Part shown: piece after piece, positions 27,097-39,709 of the stretch
Layout of the letters: each line of letters starts with the position of its first letter
How positions within the stretch are numbered: position 1 is the stretch's first letter
DNA from: Nageia nagi
Taxonomy: Eukaryota; Plantae; Pinophyta
NCBI GenBank assembly: GCA_050084985.1
Contig: JBITNC010000001.1
Location: forward strand, 101,618,001 to 101,682,000
Direction: 5' to 3'
Length of the DNA: 64,000 bases
Made by a program: the position numbers and the translations under genes
The notes under the pieces: generated by a model
The model's database searches: none
What the model was told of the DNA's origin: nothing
Seen by the model: the letters and a program-made list of their open reading frames with translations, nothing else

Positions 27097-29700
27097 TGTA
27101 GCCTAATAGTAGTAACTATTTGGTGTTGCATTTAGGAACGTTTGGTGTTATGAATTGAAAACTATTATGTTACAAAAGTAAAAAATCTCTTTATAATAAA
27201 ATCCTCAGTGAAGAAAAATATATGTTTCAAGTTTATTTGCATATCCACATTACTCTCATTATTAAATTGAAATAGTATTTTTCTTCCTTATTTATTCTTA
27301 GCTCCACATTAAGGAGGATAATTCAAAGTTGTTACATTACCACCAACATCCCCAAGTATATATTAAGGGGGAGTGTTGGAATGTTTAATGCATACTTGGG
27401 GATTAAGGTTATTATATATAAGAATATATAATATAAACATACTATATTGTTATATATACTCAAGTAGGAATAAATATTAAAAACCACTTGACTATAAAAT
27501 GGAAATAAGATCCTATAGATAAAAGGATACATAGATTAATATCCATAACCTCTCTATAGTCTAAGTATCTATATAAGATAATTGTTGGGTTGAGTATGGT
27601 ATGAAAAGATATTGATAAGAACTAGTAGAGGAATCAATCTTGTAGAGAAATGCAACTAAAATACTTTTGGAAGATCTTAGAGTAATGTTGGTAGAGAATT
27701 CTCATAGATAACTAGTCTATCTTGGTGAACATGTGCACACTAATGAAGAGTCATGTAAGCATTATAAGAAATAATATTACTCCATACTGAGCATATGGTG
27801 TTGATATAAAGAGATCTATTGTTGCACATATCTCACTTTAGAGTAATGGAATGTTGGAGGTTCTAAGTAAATGTTTCCTTGCTTATGTAAAGTAATTTTG
27901 TATCATTATAAATCTATGTGTTAATTTTGTGTGAATGTTGGTCATGTATTTAGTATAATAGAATAATTCTTTTCATAAAATATTTTCTAGGTATATAGTT
28001 CATGCTACTACAACATCTTTGTTTATTTTATTTTAAAGATCCATCACTTTAAATGTATAAGATTCAAATTATTATAAAGTTATTGGAAACTTTGTGTATA
28101 CCAAAAAATTTGATAAATCCATGGTAAACATGGATCCATTAAATTAGCCAAATCTAAATTTTGAAAATGTAAATATTGATGAATTTATGAATATTAGCCA
28201 CTAAATTGTTTCCTACTCATAACATCCCTAACAAACTATCTTCATAATTTTGAGATAGAATCACATAAATTGTTTGTAATTTATATGATAATTGCGATAG
28301 ATTTTTTAACATAAAATAAGTTCATTACATAATTTTAATTCCTATATTACTTTCATCATATAAAATAATTCCTCATATATTCAAGCTATATTATTACAAA
28401 AAATAATCATCATAACATTATTTTTTTAATAGTGTAGCTTGAATATAAGAGAAATGATCTTATATTAGGAAAGTAGCATAGGAATGAAACTTGCATTGTG
28501 ATGAAAACATTATATTACTTATTCTTGTAATTTTATTGGTATATTTACTTTTACTTGAAGTAAGTTTATATTTTATTTATTCATCAAATTTTTACTACTT
28601 TACCTTTATGATATATCTTTGGCATTGATCTACAATATAAGTTATTGCTATTATTTAATATAACTAAGATCTTTTGATTAAATTGTATGGGAAGTTCCTA
28701 ATCATAGATAAATATATCATTTACTTGCATGTGATCATGCATGTGATGACAAAGAAGTTGGCCCATTTTCTATCAATCCAACTATTAATAGATAATTTAC
28801 ATTAAAAAAATATAATTGACTTGGTTGATAATAAAATGGTTCTTAAAATTCCTAACTTTGGATTTAGTGGTACTAAAGATCATGATGAATTCATATTGTT
28901 ATCTTAATTCTCAAATGTGATTATCTTCTTAGTGAGGTCTACATTTATATTACTTAAATGTAGGCATTTCTCTATATCACATCCATTGGTTTTGTAAAAC
29001 TCATAACAATCACTATCTTCATATAAATGTGGAGTGCCTCTAGAAAGGTTGATAAATTTAACTTAAGTGTAATGAGTGATATTTTCTTTCATGAATTCAT
29101 CTATAATATTCTTGTGTTTCTTAACAATTTTTGTGAACTTTATTTTCTATCTATGAGTCCTTACAAGGGTTATTGCTTATTTTGTATTGAAAATCATATT
29201 TGATTAATCTTTGGTTCCATTTCTAGGTTTCTCCTTATTTTCTTCTTTAAGATGAATTCATTGTTAGATACTCTCATTAGATTTGCAACTTAGATATCCT
29301 ACTTCTAACAAAATATTTTCTTAATGTAAGTATCCATGATACATTTCACCAAAAGACTTACTTATATAAGAAAATATAAATTTCTAGGGTTATTTCTTAT
29401 TGAAGGTGAATTCATTGTTACATACTCTCATTATATTTGCAACTTAGATATCCTACTTCTAACAAGATATTTTCTTAATGTAAGTATCCATCATACATTT
29501 CACCAAAAGACTTACTTATATAAGAAAATATAAATTTCTTTATTTACAAGAAAAAATAAATACTAAAAATTTAATGACTATCTAAATTAATATAATAGTA
29601 TTATCTCCTCAAATTTTCCATTTACCTTTATGATGTTTTATAGTTATTACCAAAATTTTGTAAAGGTTTAGAAAACCCTTTCAAAACTCAATATCTTTAC
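27097..29700 (+). repeat. Local duplication copy A (~2.6 kb); contains copia PPT + LTR 27374-28015
   Basis: Co-linear with 30255-31625 plus ~36470-37368, from TGTAGCCT..AGTAACTATT to GAAAACCCTTTCAAAACTC. ATTAAGGGGGAG|TGTTGG...CAACA defines the LTR. Confidence 0.9.
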
Positions 29701-29701
29701 T

Positions 29702-30250
29702 CTTTTTTTTTTAATTAATGGGTACATGTATTAATAAAAAAATATGGAGTTTTAGAGGATCTCCACAAACCTTTACAAGATAATATATTTAAGTTCATAA
29801 AAACATTACAAGCCCATGAACATCAAATAACTATTATATGTTGGGTGTTCATCCAATACTATCAACCTAGAAGAGTGAAGTATCTTTAACAAAACTAACA
29901 AGGTAATAGAATTGCTATAGTCTAGAGCTACTACCAAAACTATAAACCCTCACAATTAATCCAATCCTTTGGCTATTAACAAAACCTCTTTATATATCAT
30001 AACTATTCAATTTTCTCAATTTAAAAGTGCCACTAACACTAGGAGACTAAAATTGAGAGACTCCTTCAGGACTATCAACTCTTTCCCTTTTATAAAAGAA
30101 AATGATAAATTTTCATAGTTATGTTTATAAAATTCCACGTACACTGTCTCCATTATCTTAATAGCCAATGCATCAAAAGGTACTTCTTCAAATAATAGGC
30201 TCATTTTCTATCACCTCTTGATTGCCTTAAACAGAAGTCTATTGTGAATG
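29702..30250 (-). mobile_element. Probable 5'-truncated LINE 3' end between the duplicate copies
   Basis: Poly(T) at ~29703-29712 followed by 3'-UTR-like sequence that is absent from copy B. No clear TSD. Confidence 0.4.
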
Positions 30251-31652
30251 TGCTTGTAGCCTCATATTAGTAACTATTAGGTGTTGCATTTTATAACTTT
30301 TGATGTTGCATTTGGAAGCCTTTGGTGTTGTGAATTGATAACTATTATGTTACAAAAGTCAACAATCACTTTCAAATAAAATCCTCTACGAAGAAAAATA
30401 TATGTTGCAAGTTTACATTAACACCAACAACCCCAACTATACATTAAGGGAGAGTGTTGGAATATTGAATGCATACATGTGGATCAAGGTTCCTTTGTAT
30501 TATAATTAATAATAAGAACATACTATATTGTTATAGTTACCCAATTAGGAGAATTATGGGGCTAATATCCATAACCTCTTTATAGTATAAATCTCTATAT
30601 AGGATAATTATGGGGCTAAATATGGTATGAAAAGATATTGAAAGAACTAGTAGAGGAATAGAGCTTGTAGAAAAATGAAAGTAGAATACTTATAGGAGAT
30701 CTTAGAGTATTTTTGGTAGAAAATTATTTTAGATATCTAATCTATCTTGGTGATCAAGTGTAAACTAATTAAGGGCCATGTAAGTACTATAATAAATTAC
30801 ATTACATCATATTGAGCACATGGTGTTGATTTAAAGAAAAATATTGTTGTATATATTTCACTTGGTGTAATGAAATGTTGGAGGTTCTAAGTAGATTTTT
30901 CCTTGTTTATGTAAAGTAAGGTTTTACCATTATAAATCTATGTGTTAATCTTATGTGGTTCTTGTATTTATTTTAGTAGAATAATTCTTTTTGCAAAGAT
31001 TTTCTAGGCATACAATTTTTACTACTGCAACATCTTTATTTATCTTATTTTAAAGATCCATCAATTTAAATATAAAGATTCAAATTATTAAAGTTTCTAA
31101 AAATCAACTCAAAAATATATTGTACACACAAAAAAATTTGATGAATCCATATTAAACATGGATCCACTAAATTAGCCAAATCCAAATTTAAAAAATGCAA
31201 ATATTCATGAATTTATGAATATTAGCCACTAAAAATTTCACTAGATTTTATGATGATTATGTTTTGTAGCAATATAGCTTGAATATATGAGGAATGATTT
31301 TATACAAGGAATGTAATATAAGAATGAAACTTACATAATGAACTTATTTTATCTTAAAAAATATATCATAATTATCATGTAAATTACGAAATTTTTCTAT
31401 ATCAAAATTATGGTGATAGTTTGTTAGGGATTTTATGATGATTTTTTTAAATAGTGTAGCTTGAATATAAGAGAAATGATATTATAGGAGGAAATTAGTA
31501 TAAGAATGAAACTTACATTGTGATGAAAATATTCTATTACTTATTCTTTTTGTTATTTTGTTGGTATATTTACTTTGCCTTGAAGCATGTTTATATTTTA
31601 TTTATTTATCAAATTTTTATATTTTTTCTTGTTTTGAAATATATATATATAT

Positions 31653-34600
31653 GAGGGATTAAAACAAAACTTATTAAGGCTTGAAGAAAGGGTGGCAGCT
31701 TTGGGCTATACAAACCAAATTAGATCTCAAGAGAAAGAATGGTTGTGTGAGTGGAATGGTCTTTTGGCTAAAAGGAAAGCTTTTTGAGATAAAATTCTAG
31801 AGTCAATTAGTTGAAGTAAAGTGACCTTATACTAAATTTTTCCATGTATTGATCTAAAAAAACAAGATACATAATAAAATTAGAGAGATTTTTAAGTTGA
31901 ATGGATCAATTACAAGAGATTATTGGAAGATTAGAGGGGAAGTGGTGCTTTTCTTTTCTTCTCTAATAGGATACGAGGATCAATGTGATTCTAAAGAGGC
32001 TGAGAATTTATTGCAAAATATCCCCAAGATTCTCTTGAAAGATATGAATAAATATCTTCATAGTCCCTTTTTTGAAGAAGAAATTAAAAAGATGACTTTT
32101 AGCTTGAATGGAGACAAATCTCCAGGCCCTGATGATTTTTTTGCAATTTTTTTCATAGGTTCTGGAACATTATGGGAAAAGAGGTAGTAGAGGCTATGCA
32201 AGAGGAAAAAATACTTAAATATGTGCCAAGGGATATAAATTCCACATTTCTATCCTTAATCCCTAATATTAGTAGAGCAAAATCATTTAGAAACTTCATA
32301 TCGATCAGTATTTGCAATATGTTGTACAAGATTTTCTCGAAGATAATTGCTATTAGGCTTAAAGTAATCCTCCCTTTCATCATAAAAAATTTTTAGAGAT
32401 TTTGTAAAAGGAAGGTATATCCTTGATGGTATTAATGAACTTATTCATTCTACTATTTGTACTCATAAAGAAGAAATGTTTCTGAAGTTGGATATGAACA
32501 AGGCATATGATTGGGTATCATGGAAGTTTTTGTTAGGACTAATGAGAAGTTTTGGTTTTGATGATAAGTGGATATTTCTTATTCAAGATTGCATCTCCCC
32601 AGTAATGTTTTCAATGTTAGTGAATGGCTCTATAGCTAGTTATTTTCCTAGTAAGTATGGCCTTAAGCATGGGAATCCTCTCTCCCCTTACCTTTTAATC
32701 ATCCTAGAGGAAGCATTAGGGAGAGCCTTTTTTGGTGCTTTAAGGAATAAAAAATTAGGAGGAATCATCCCTTCCTCTTATTTATTGCTTTTCATATATC
32801 ACGAGTTTATAAACACTACTATAGTCTCTACTAGGTCCTCCCTTACATAGGATTGAGTTATGAAGGAAATCTTAGAAGACTATGAGAAGGCAACTAGTCA
32901 AAAGGTTAATTTTAGTAAAAGAAAATTAATTTTTATAAATGCTCTAGTAGCTATGAAATTTGGTGTGGCTAGAATATTTGACTATAGTATAGAGGAATTC
33001 CCATCCATGTACTTGGGTATGCCCCTTTTCAAGGGGAGAATGAAAGGAGAATATTAGAATCTAATGATATATATAATGACTAAGAAGTTGGAAGCATGTA
33101 AAGGAGATCTATTGAGTTAGATGGGTAAATGTAAACTCCTCAAATATTTTCTTTAAAGTATTCTTGTCTAATTCCTCTCTAGTTTTAAAACCTCAGGAGC
33201 AGTTAGTAGAAAGATTGAACAAATTCAAAAAATCTTTCTTTGGGATGGGGTTCAAGAGAGGAAGAGAATTGCCCTTGTGGCTTGGTACAAATTTTGCATG
33301 ACAAAAGGAGAAGGAGGTTTGGGCCTTAAGAAATTGAATATTATGAATCAATCCCTTATTGGTAAATTGGATTGGAAACTAGATCAAGAAGAGAATGTTC
33401 CATGGGTTAAGATTTTGAAAACAAAATATTTAAAAGAGTCTTCTTTCCTATATGAATATAATATGTCTTCAGGACCCTATTTTTGGAACAAGATTCAATG
33501 TATAAGAGAGTGGTTGTGGAATGATAGAAGGTGAAATATAAGAAATGGGGAAGAATTCATTTTTGGGAAGATCCCTAGTTGATAGAAACTCCTCTTTGTC
33601 TAAGTACTTAGTTTGTTGGTCTTAGAAGATTCATTGAGCCACATTTTGATAGTTTGATTGGGGACCACTTTGAGAGAAGTGAATGTTGAAAAGTATGAAA
33701 AAACATGAACTATGATGTTCCAAGGAAGCTATAAAGAAATATGAAAGACCTAGTTCTTCTTCTAAAACCCTATCCATTAGCAATTTAGAAGGAATTAGAT
33801 GAATTTGTTTGGCCAAGTGAGAAAAATGAGGAATATTCAGTTAAGTTGGGGTATGAATACCTTAGAACAAAAGGAAGTGCTTGGGATTGGGATAAGAAGG
33901 TTTGGAACAAACATTTCATCCCTAAAGTCAACATGTTTTGTTGGATTATTATGCACAATAGGATCCTCACTTTGAACAATTTATTGAGAAGAGGTTTTGC
34001 CCTCCCAAGTAGATATCCACTATGTGAAAGGGAGGAGAATGACTCAAGCCACCTCTTTTTATAGTGTTCCTTTACAAAAGAAATATGGGCTAAGTTGTTT
34101 GAATTCTTCCATCATGTGTGGATTCTACGTAAGATGATCTCTCATCTCTACTTACAATAGGAGTCTCTCTTAAAAAGCATGATATTAAAAGAGTTATGGA
34201 GACTTATCCTGCCACATGTTGTGGGGTATTTGGAAAGAAAGAAATGCTTACATATTAAGGATAAGAAGTCAATTTGGCTTGAGTTATGGAATAGGATTAT
34301 ATGTTTGATCATGGATAATTTTAATATAATCTATTTCAAAGAGGATTAGGAGTCTCATAAGGAAGTGTCTATATTAGTTTAATGGGATTCTAGGCCATTT
34401 TTTAGATACATTATGTATCTATCTGAGGTGTGAGTGCTCTTAGGAACCATCCCTTGAAGGGGATTTTAGACTAAATTTTGATGGGGCTTTTAAGGGGAAC
34501 TCAAGAAAGGCTATTATTGGATATTTAATTAGAGATTCCAAAGGGGAAGTTTTAGTAGCTTATTCGGGACCAATTGGTCATTAATAAAATCATTTTGTTG

Positions 34601-36392
34601 AGGAAAAGGTTGCTCACTGAGGTATTATGCTTTCTTGTGAGAGGGATCTCTTCTCTTTAATGATCAAAGGGGACTCCAAATATATCATTGAACGTTTGAA
34701 TGGAGTGTCTAGGTCAATTTGGACTATTGAAATTTTCAGTAAAGATAGCAAAAGGATGAAGAAAGATAGATGTATTATTACCATATATCATATCTTTAGA
34801 TAGGATAACCAATTGGTAGATGGGTTGGCTAACATAGGAGTCTATAGTAATAAGAAGCAGGTCTATGAAAGGTATCTGCCCCTATAAGTTCAAATTTTTT
34901 GGATCAATGATTAAGCTCCATGAATTTATGCCTAGATAGTGGTGCTATTAAAATACTCAAGTGGAGGAAGGGAGATATCACTACCAAGACGAGTTGAGTA
35001 TGGGGGTGTCTATTGCACATGAGTGAAGGTGTCAACTCACTTTGCTTCAAGTGTAATACTTCCATTGTAATATCAAGTGTACTTGAGAAATCATTTCCCA
35101 ATATGGCTCACATGAAGGAGAGAATGGTGTTATAAGATGATCCAAGTTATGATGCATGCTTCTATAGTGACTAGACATATGAGGGGTAGAGAGAGTGGCT
35201 CCAGGATTTAAGTTCAAGGTGCTAGTATGACTTATTGCCATTAGTTGAGGAGAGTTTCAAAGAACATATACAGAAGGCATTGATGTTAATGGAAGAAGGC
35301 AAGGTTGGTGAAGCATATGGGAGGCACAAGGATTTGCATCCAGAATTAGGGAAATATTTTGTTAGTGATGATGTTGAGGAAGTGTTGAGGAATGCAAGGT
35401 ATTGGTGAATATTTGGGTGGAGGGTTACATGACTGTAGGTGCCTTTGTGTTTGAAAGTTTGTTGGTAGTCTAGAAGACAAAGGTATGGGAATCCAAAGGG
35501 ACAAGCACCCATAACAAATAGAGCTAGATTTATTAACACCTTTTGAGAAGATTAGGTGGGATGGAAAGTATATCCTCAAGGAGGGCCTACCCTAGCCATG
35601 ATCAAAAGTTGCAAGAACTATTATAAACTATATAACTTTGGATGCCCAAATGACATAGGTACATGGGTATCACTTGGCTATTTTGAATCATATGACGTGG
35701 AAAAAGAAGGTCAATATTCCATATTTCCTTTTTAAGGAATTAGAAAAGTTTGTAGAATATTTCTATAAGGGCAAGACCAAATTTACATTGCATAAAGGGC
35801 TTTTCTTGTTCATAGCAAAAAACATGGCTAAGAAGCAAGGGTGGATGGGGGATCCTAAATATTTTATGCCAATTTTGAAGGAGGAAAAGGGTAGAGTTGA
35901 GTTTGGAATGCTTGATGGAAATTGTTAATGCAAAGCCATAAAAGAAGCTGAGGGAGGGAGATAAAACTTTTAGCAAAAAGACAAGGTGGAAATGAAGGAG
36001 GAATCAAAGGATTTTGAGGAAGACACACCCCCAACATCCCTGATTGCACATCAAGGCTCTTTGAAGAAGGTTCACACAAGTAGAGGGATCCTACTAAAGG
36101 ATATTGGAGCTTTACATGGAGCGTTACTGACTAGTTTGAACAAGATCATTGCACATGTGGATAAGCTCCAACAAGGTGTATGTGAGGAGTTGGACATTTA
36201 GTATTAGATGTTCATAATATTTGTGATGTTTATTTTGGTTTGTATGGGCATAGGTTGATGGTTTACCTTGGTAAGGTCGTAGTAGCAGGTTTCCATTAGT
36301 CATAGTAGTAAGTATATGTTTCTAGAAAGTTTTTGTAATATTCAAGAATTGTTATGAAGATATCAAGGCATGATGTACATAGGCTTATTGAT
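31653..36392 (+). mobile_element. 5'-truncated L1-clade LINE: RT, zf-RVT, RNase H-like domain and an extra 3' ORF
   Basis: KSPGPD, KLDMNKAYDWVSW, GLKHGNPLSPYL, YLGMPL, KGEGGLG, IPKVNMFCW...RILTLNNLLRRG..CEREENDSSHLF. RNase H motifs LNFDGAFKGN (~34471), IKGDSKYII and HIFR*DNQLVDGLAN. Flanked by (TA)n on both sides. Confidence 0.92.
34950..36201 (+). pseudogene. Decayed additional ORF downstream of the LINE RNase H domain
   Basis: In frame from 35581: EGLP*P*SKVARTIINYITLDAQMT*VHGYHLAILNHMTWKKKVNIPYFLFKELEK, followed by a coiled-coil-like 35986-36201 segment. Start approximate. Confidence 0.55.

Positions 36393-36423
<31 letters not shown>
36393..36423. repeat. Compound microsatellite (TA)9(CA)6
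   Basis: Read directly from the sequence. Confidence 0.95.
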
Positions 36424-36424
<1 letters not shown>

Positions 36425-37599
36425 TGTGCATTATTCCTTGAAATATTACTTTTTATAACCTTGATTGTGATTACTTTGCCTCTATAAGATATTTTTTGCA
36501 TTGATGTATAATATAATTTATTGCTTTTATTTAAGATAACTAAGGTATTTTTAGTAAATTGTATGGGAAGTTGCTAATGACTTAGATAGATTATCAACAC
36601 TCTTACTTGCATGTTATGAGGAATACGTTGGTCCATTTTCTATCAATCCAACCACTAATAGGTAATTTACTTTTAAAAAATATAATTGACTTGGTGAATA
36701 ATAAAATGGTTCTTAAAATTCCTAAATTTGGATTTAGTAGTACTAAAGATCAAACTGAATTCATATTGTTATCTTAATTCTCAAATGTGATTATCCTTTT
36801 GGTGAGGTCTATATTTATATTACTTAAATGAAGGCATCTTTCTATATAAGTCCATTGGTTCTATAAAATTCAAAACAATCACTATCTTTATATCAATGTG
36901 GAGTGCCTTTAGAAAGGTTGATAAATTTAACTTAAGTGTAATTTAATGATATTTTCTTTCATTAATTGATCTATAATTACCAATGTTTGTGAACTTTATT
37001 TTCTCATTTAGTCCTTAGAATGGTTATTGCTTGTTGTGTATTGGAAACCATATTGAATGAATCTTTGGTATCATTTCTAGGTTTCCCTCTATTTTCTTGT
37101 TTATTCTTAAAGGTGAATACATTATTAAACATACTTAAATATCCTACTTCTAACAAAATATTTTTTTAATATAACTATCCATGATATATTTCACCAAAAC
37201 ACATACTTATACGAGAAAACATAAATTTCTTTATTTATAAGAAAAAAAAATATGAAAAAATATAATAGTTTTCTCTCCTCCAATTTACTATTTACTTTAT
37301 GTTGTTTTATAGTTACCAATTTTTTTGTAAAAATTTAGAAAACCCTTTCAAAACTCCATATCTTTTACTTTTACTTAATAATAATAATAGTAAATATTAT
37401 TAAATTATGACAAACTTATTATTAAATTTGTAATAACTATCATTTTTTGAAAAAAACAATGTTAGTACCTAAAACATAACCTCCTCTTCTTTCATCTCAT
37501 ATTTTAAAATCTGGATCTTGAAACTATAGAATCTTAATCCACTATGTTCTCTCCTTCATTCATCCTCATATTTTCAAACTCTCTTTCTTACAGTTAAAA

Positions 37600-38170
37600 G
37601 CTCCTCATTTTTTGAGGATGTTCAAACCAACTACTGCTTTCTTCGATGGAAAGCTACTGTAATGGACGTCCATTACTGTCACCAAAAAGCCGGACAAATT
37701 ATAAGTAGGTTTTCTTCAACGACAACCTTGTACTGTCTAACTTTATTTTGATTCTATCAATCCATTGGTGAGGGAGGAATTCATAGTCTCTACAAACATC
37801 TTTGTCCAAATTTGACTGGAAATCTGGTGCCCTCATCCAAGTCTTATCATTTGAATGAAGAAAATAGACGTGAAGAATATAGTTGTATAAGGCTTTTAAA
37901 CCACATAATTCGGATCTTAGAAGTCACGGCAGTGCCATAGTAGATTGATGTTGTATGTCGTTGACAACTTCAACCAGAAGAACGGCTGTGGCCGACAGAA
38001 TCTTCACCATAATTTAAATTCATTTGTTAGGTCACAGTAGGTTTTGACATTGATTTTATTGCAACATATGACAGCTCTGCTTGCCATCTATGTTACGATT
38101 CAATTTCAGGTAGTTTCAGGGCAGAATAATATGGGAGTCATGTGATGATGATAATACAACGTTGAACTTA
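37600..38170. promoter_or_regulatory. CpG/CHG-retaining, non-TE-like island; candidate cis-regulatory element
   Basis: About 12 CpGs in ~550 bp against a near-CpG-free background. Perfect palindrome GTAATGGACGTCCATTAC (37659-37676). GCCGAC (DRE/CRT core) at 37991, ACGTG and TTGACT motifs. Confidence 0.45.
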
Positions 38171-38939
38171 AATATGTTTGAAAATGGGCTTCTGACTTAA
38201 TCATGCATGTTGGATTCACCTAAATTATGGGTTTGATATTGAATGATAAGATGAATTCAAATTTTTTTCAAATTGAAAAATCAGAAAAATATAAAGGATT
38301 TTACAAAATATAATATTGTCTTTCAGAAGTACAATTGATGGCCATGAAGGTCAATTTTCATCTATATGATAATCAATGGATGTTTTGGTGTAACAAATTT
38401 GATTGAATTTTACACTATATAAGGATGTTCTTTCAAAGCACAATTCATGGTTGTAAATTTCAAATTTTATTTATATGATAATCAATGGATGTTTTGTGTA
38501 ATAGATCTCATTGTGTTGTGCATTAGGTGTAAATGTTTTGGTTTAGTGTATTTTTAGTGATAAATATGTTTGTTGTTTAAAATAAGATTAAATCATGACA
38601 TTAGTATGTAATATATTGAATTAATCATGTCATTACATTAGGAGTTTATATTATTTCTTTCTTGATATATGTATCATAAACAATATAACATGTATTATAA
38701 GAAGGAGAATTGAAAGGGCATCAAAAGGTACATACAATTATCAATATATAAGAAAGGTACAATGCCTCCATAAGATGAAGAGAGAAGTCAAAAAAACTTC
38801 TTTGAGTACTTGAAAAAAAGGTAAAAAAATACAATTACGTGTAAAAATAAAAATTATTAATTTTATATTTGAATTTTTTGTATAATTAAGGAGTGAAATT
38901 ATTTTTGCAATTTATTTTTATTGTTTTCATAAAACTTTT

Positions 38940-39705
38940 ATGTTTTTCATGCTTTCCCTTTAAGGAAAATTGTGTTTGGCATGTTTGCCTTATACATAAC
39001 CCTCACAAAATCCTTTATGCTCCACCTTTGGCAAACCATAAACCATTTCTTGAGTAGTAGCCTTAAACTTGCAAAATTTAAATAAACATATATGAGATAC
39101 CATAACCAACTCTTATTTTGAACAACCATATTAGCAAGATTGGTCCCTTATCCTCCAAAATTCAAAGGAAATAATCTATTACCAATCATAGGAATTTTTG
39201 TAAAAATCATATTTTCACCTTTACATAATAGTTGAATCAACACTCCCATCTTCTTGTGTTCTCATATTTCCAAACTCTCTCTTTAGAGTTTGTAGCTTTA
39301 CTTGCTTAACTTGGTCACTACCTTGGTAAGCATTTTGTAAGGCCTTCCATGGATCTATAGTTATTTTATAGCTAGTTATCCTTGGAAAAATGCTTTTATG
39401 CTATGCTAACTAAACATGGTCAAGTGTTAAGAAATTTGTATTCTGAGCTCTAGTCTATTAGTTCTATATAACTATCTTCTACAATATCCCAAAGTCCTTT
39501 ACCTAACAACAAAATCTTCATGTTAATGCTCTAGTACTCATAATCATATCCATCAAACTCAAGGATAGGAAGTAATTTAATGTTGTTCGCCATTGTACCA
39601 TAATCAATAATAAACCTTAATATGGATGTCAAAAACAACTTCATAAATTATAATAAGGACCACATGATTTCTCTAACTCTTTAACTATATTAAGCTTCGA
39701 TACCA
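38940..39705 (-). mobile_element. Internally deleted copia remnant (PBS, gag N-terminus, GAG-pre-integrase)
   Basis: PBS TGGTATCGAAGC (rc of 39694-39705). MANNIKLLPILEFDGYDYEY*SINMKILLLGKGLWDIVE from ~39593. SWLWYLIYVYLNFASL (cf. LWHxRxGHLNF) in ORF 38947-39129. Confidence 0.8.
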
Positions 39706-39709
39706 AATC

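Larger units (their letters stand above)
30255..37368 (+). repeat. Local duplication copy B, split by a LINE; contains PPT + LTR 30455-31032
   Basis: Matches 27097-29700 on both sides of the 31653-36392 LINE. Confidence 0.88.

Noticed and set aside
27374-31032. LTRs 27374-28015 and 30455-31032 as the two LTRs of one element
   Set aside because: Both are preceded by a PPT and share upstream and downstream flanks. There is no PBS after the first. Segmental duplication explains them.
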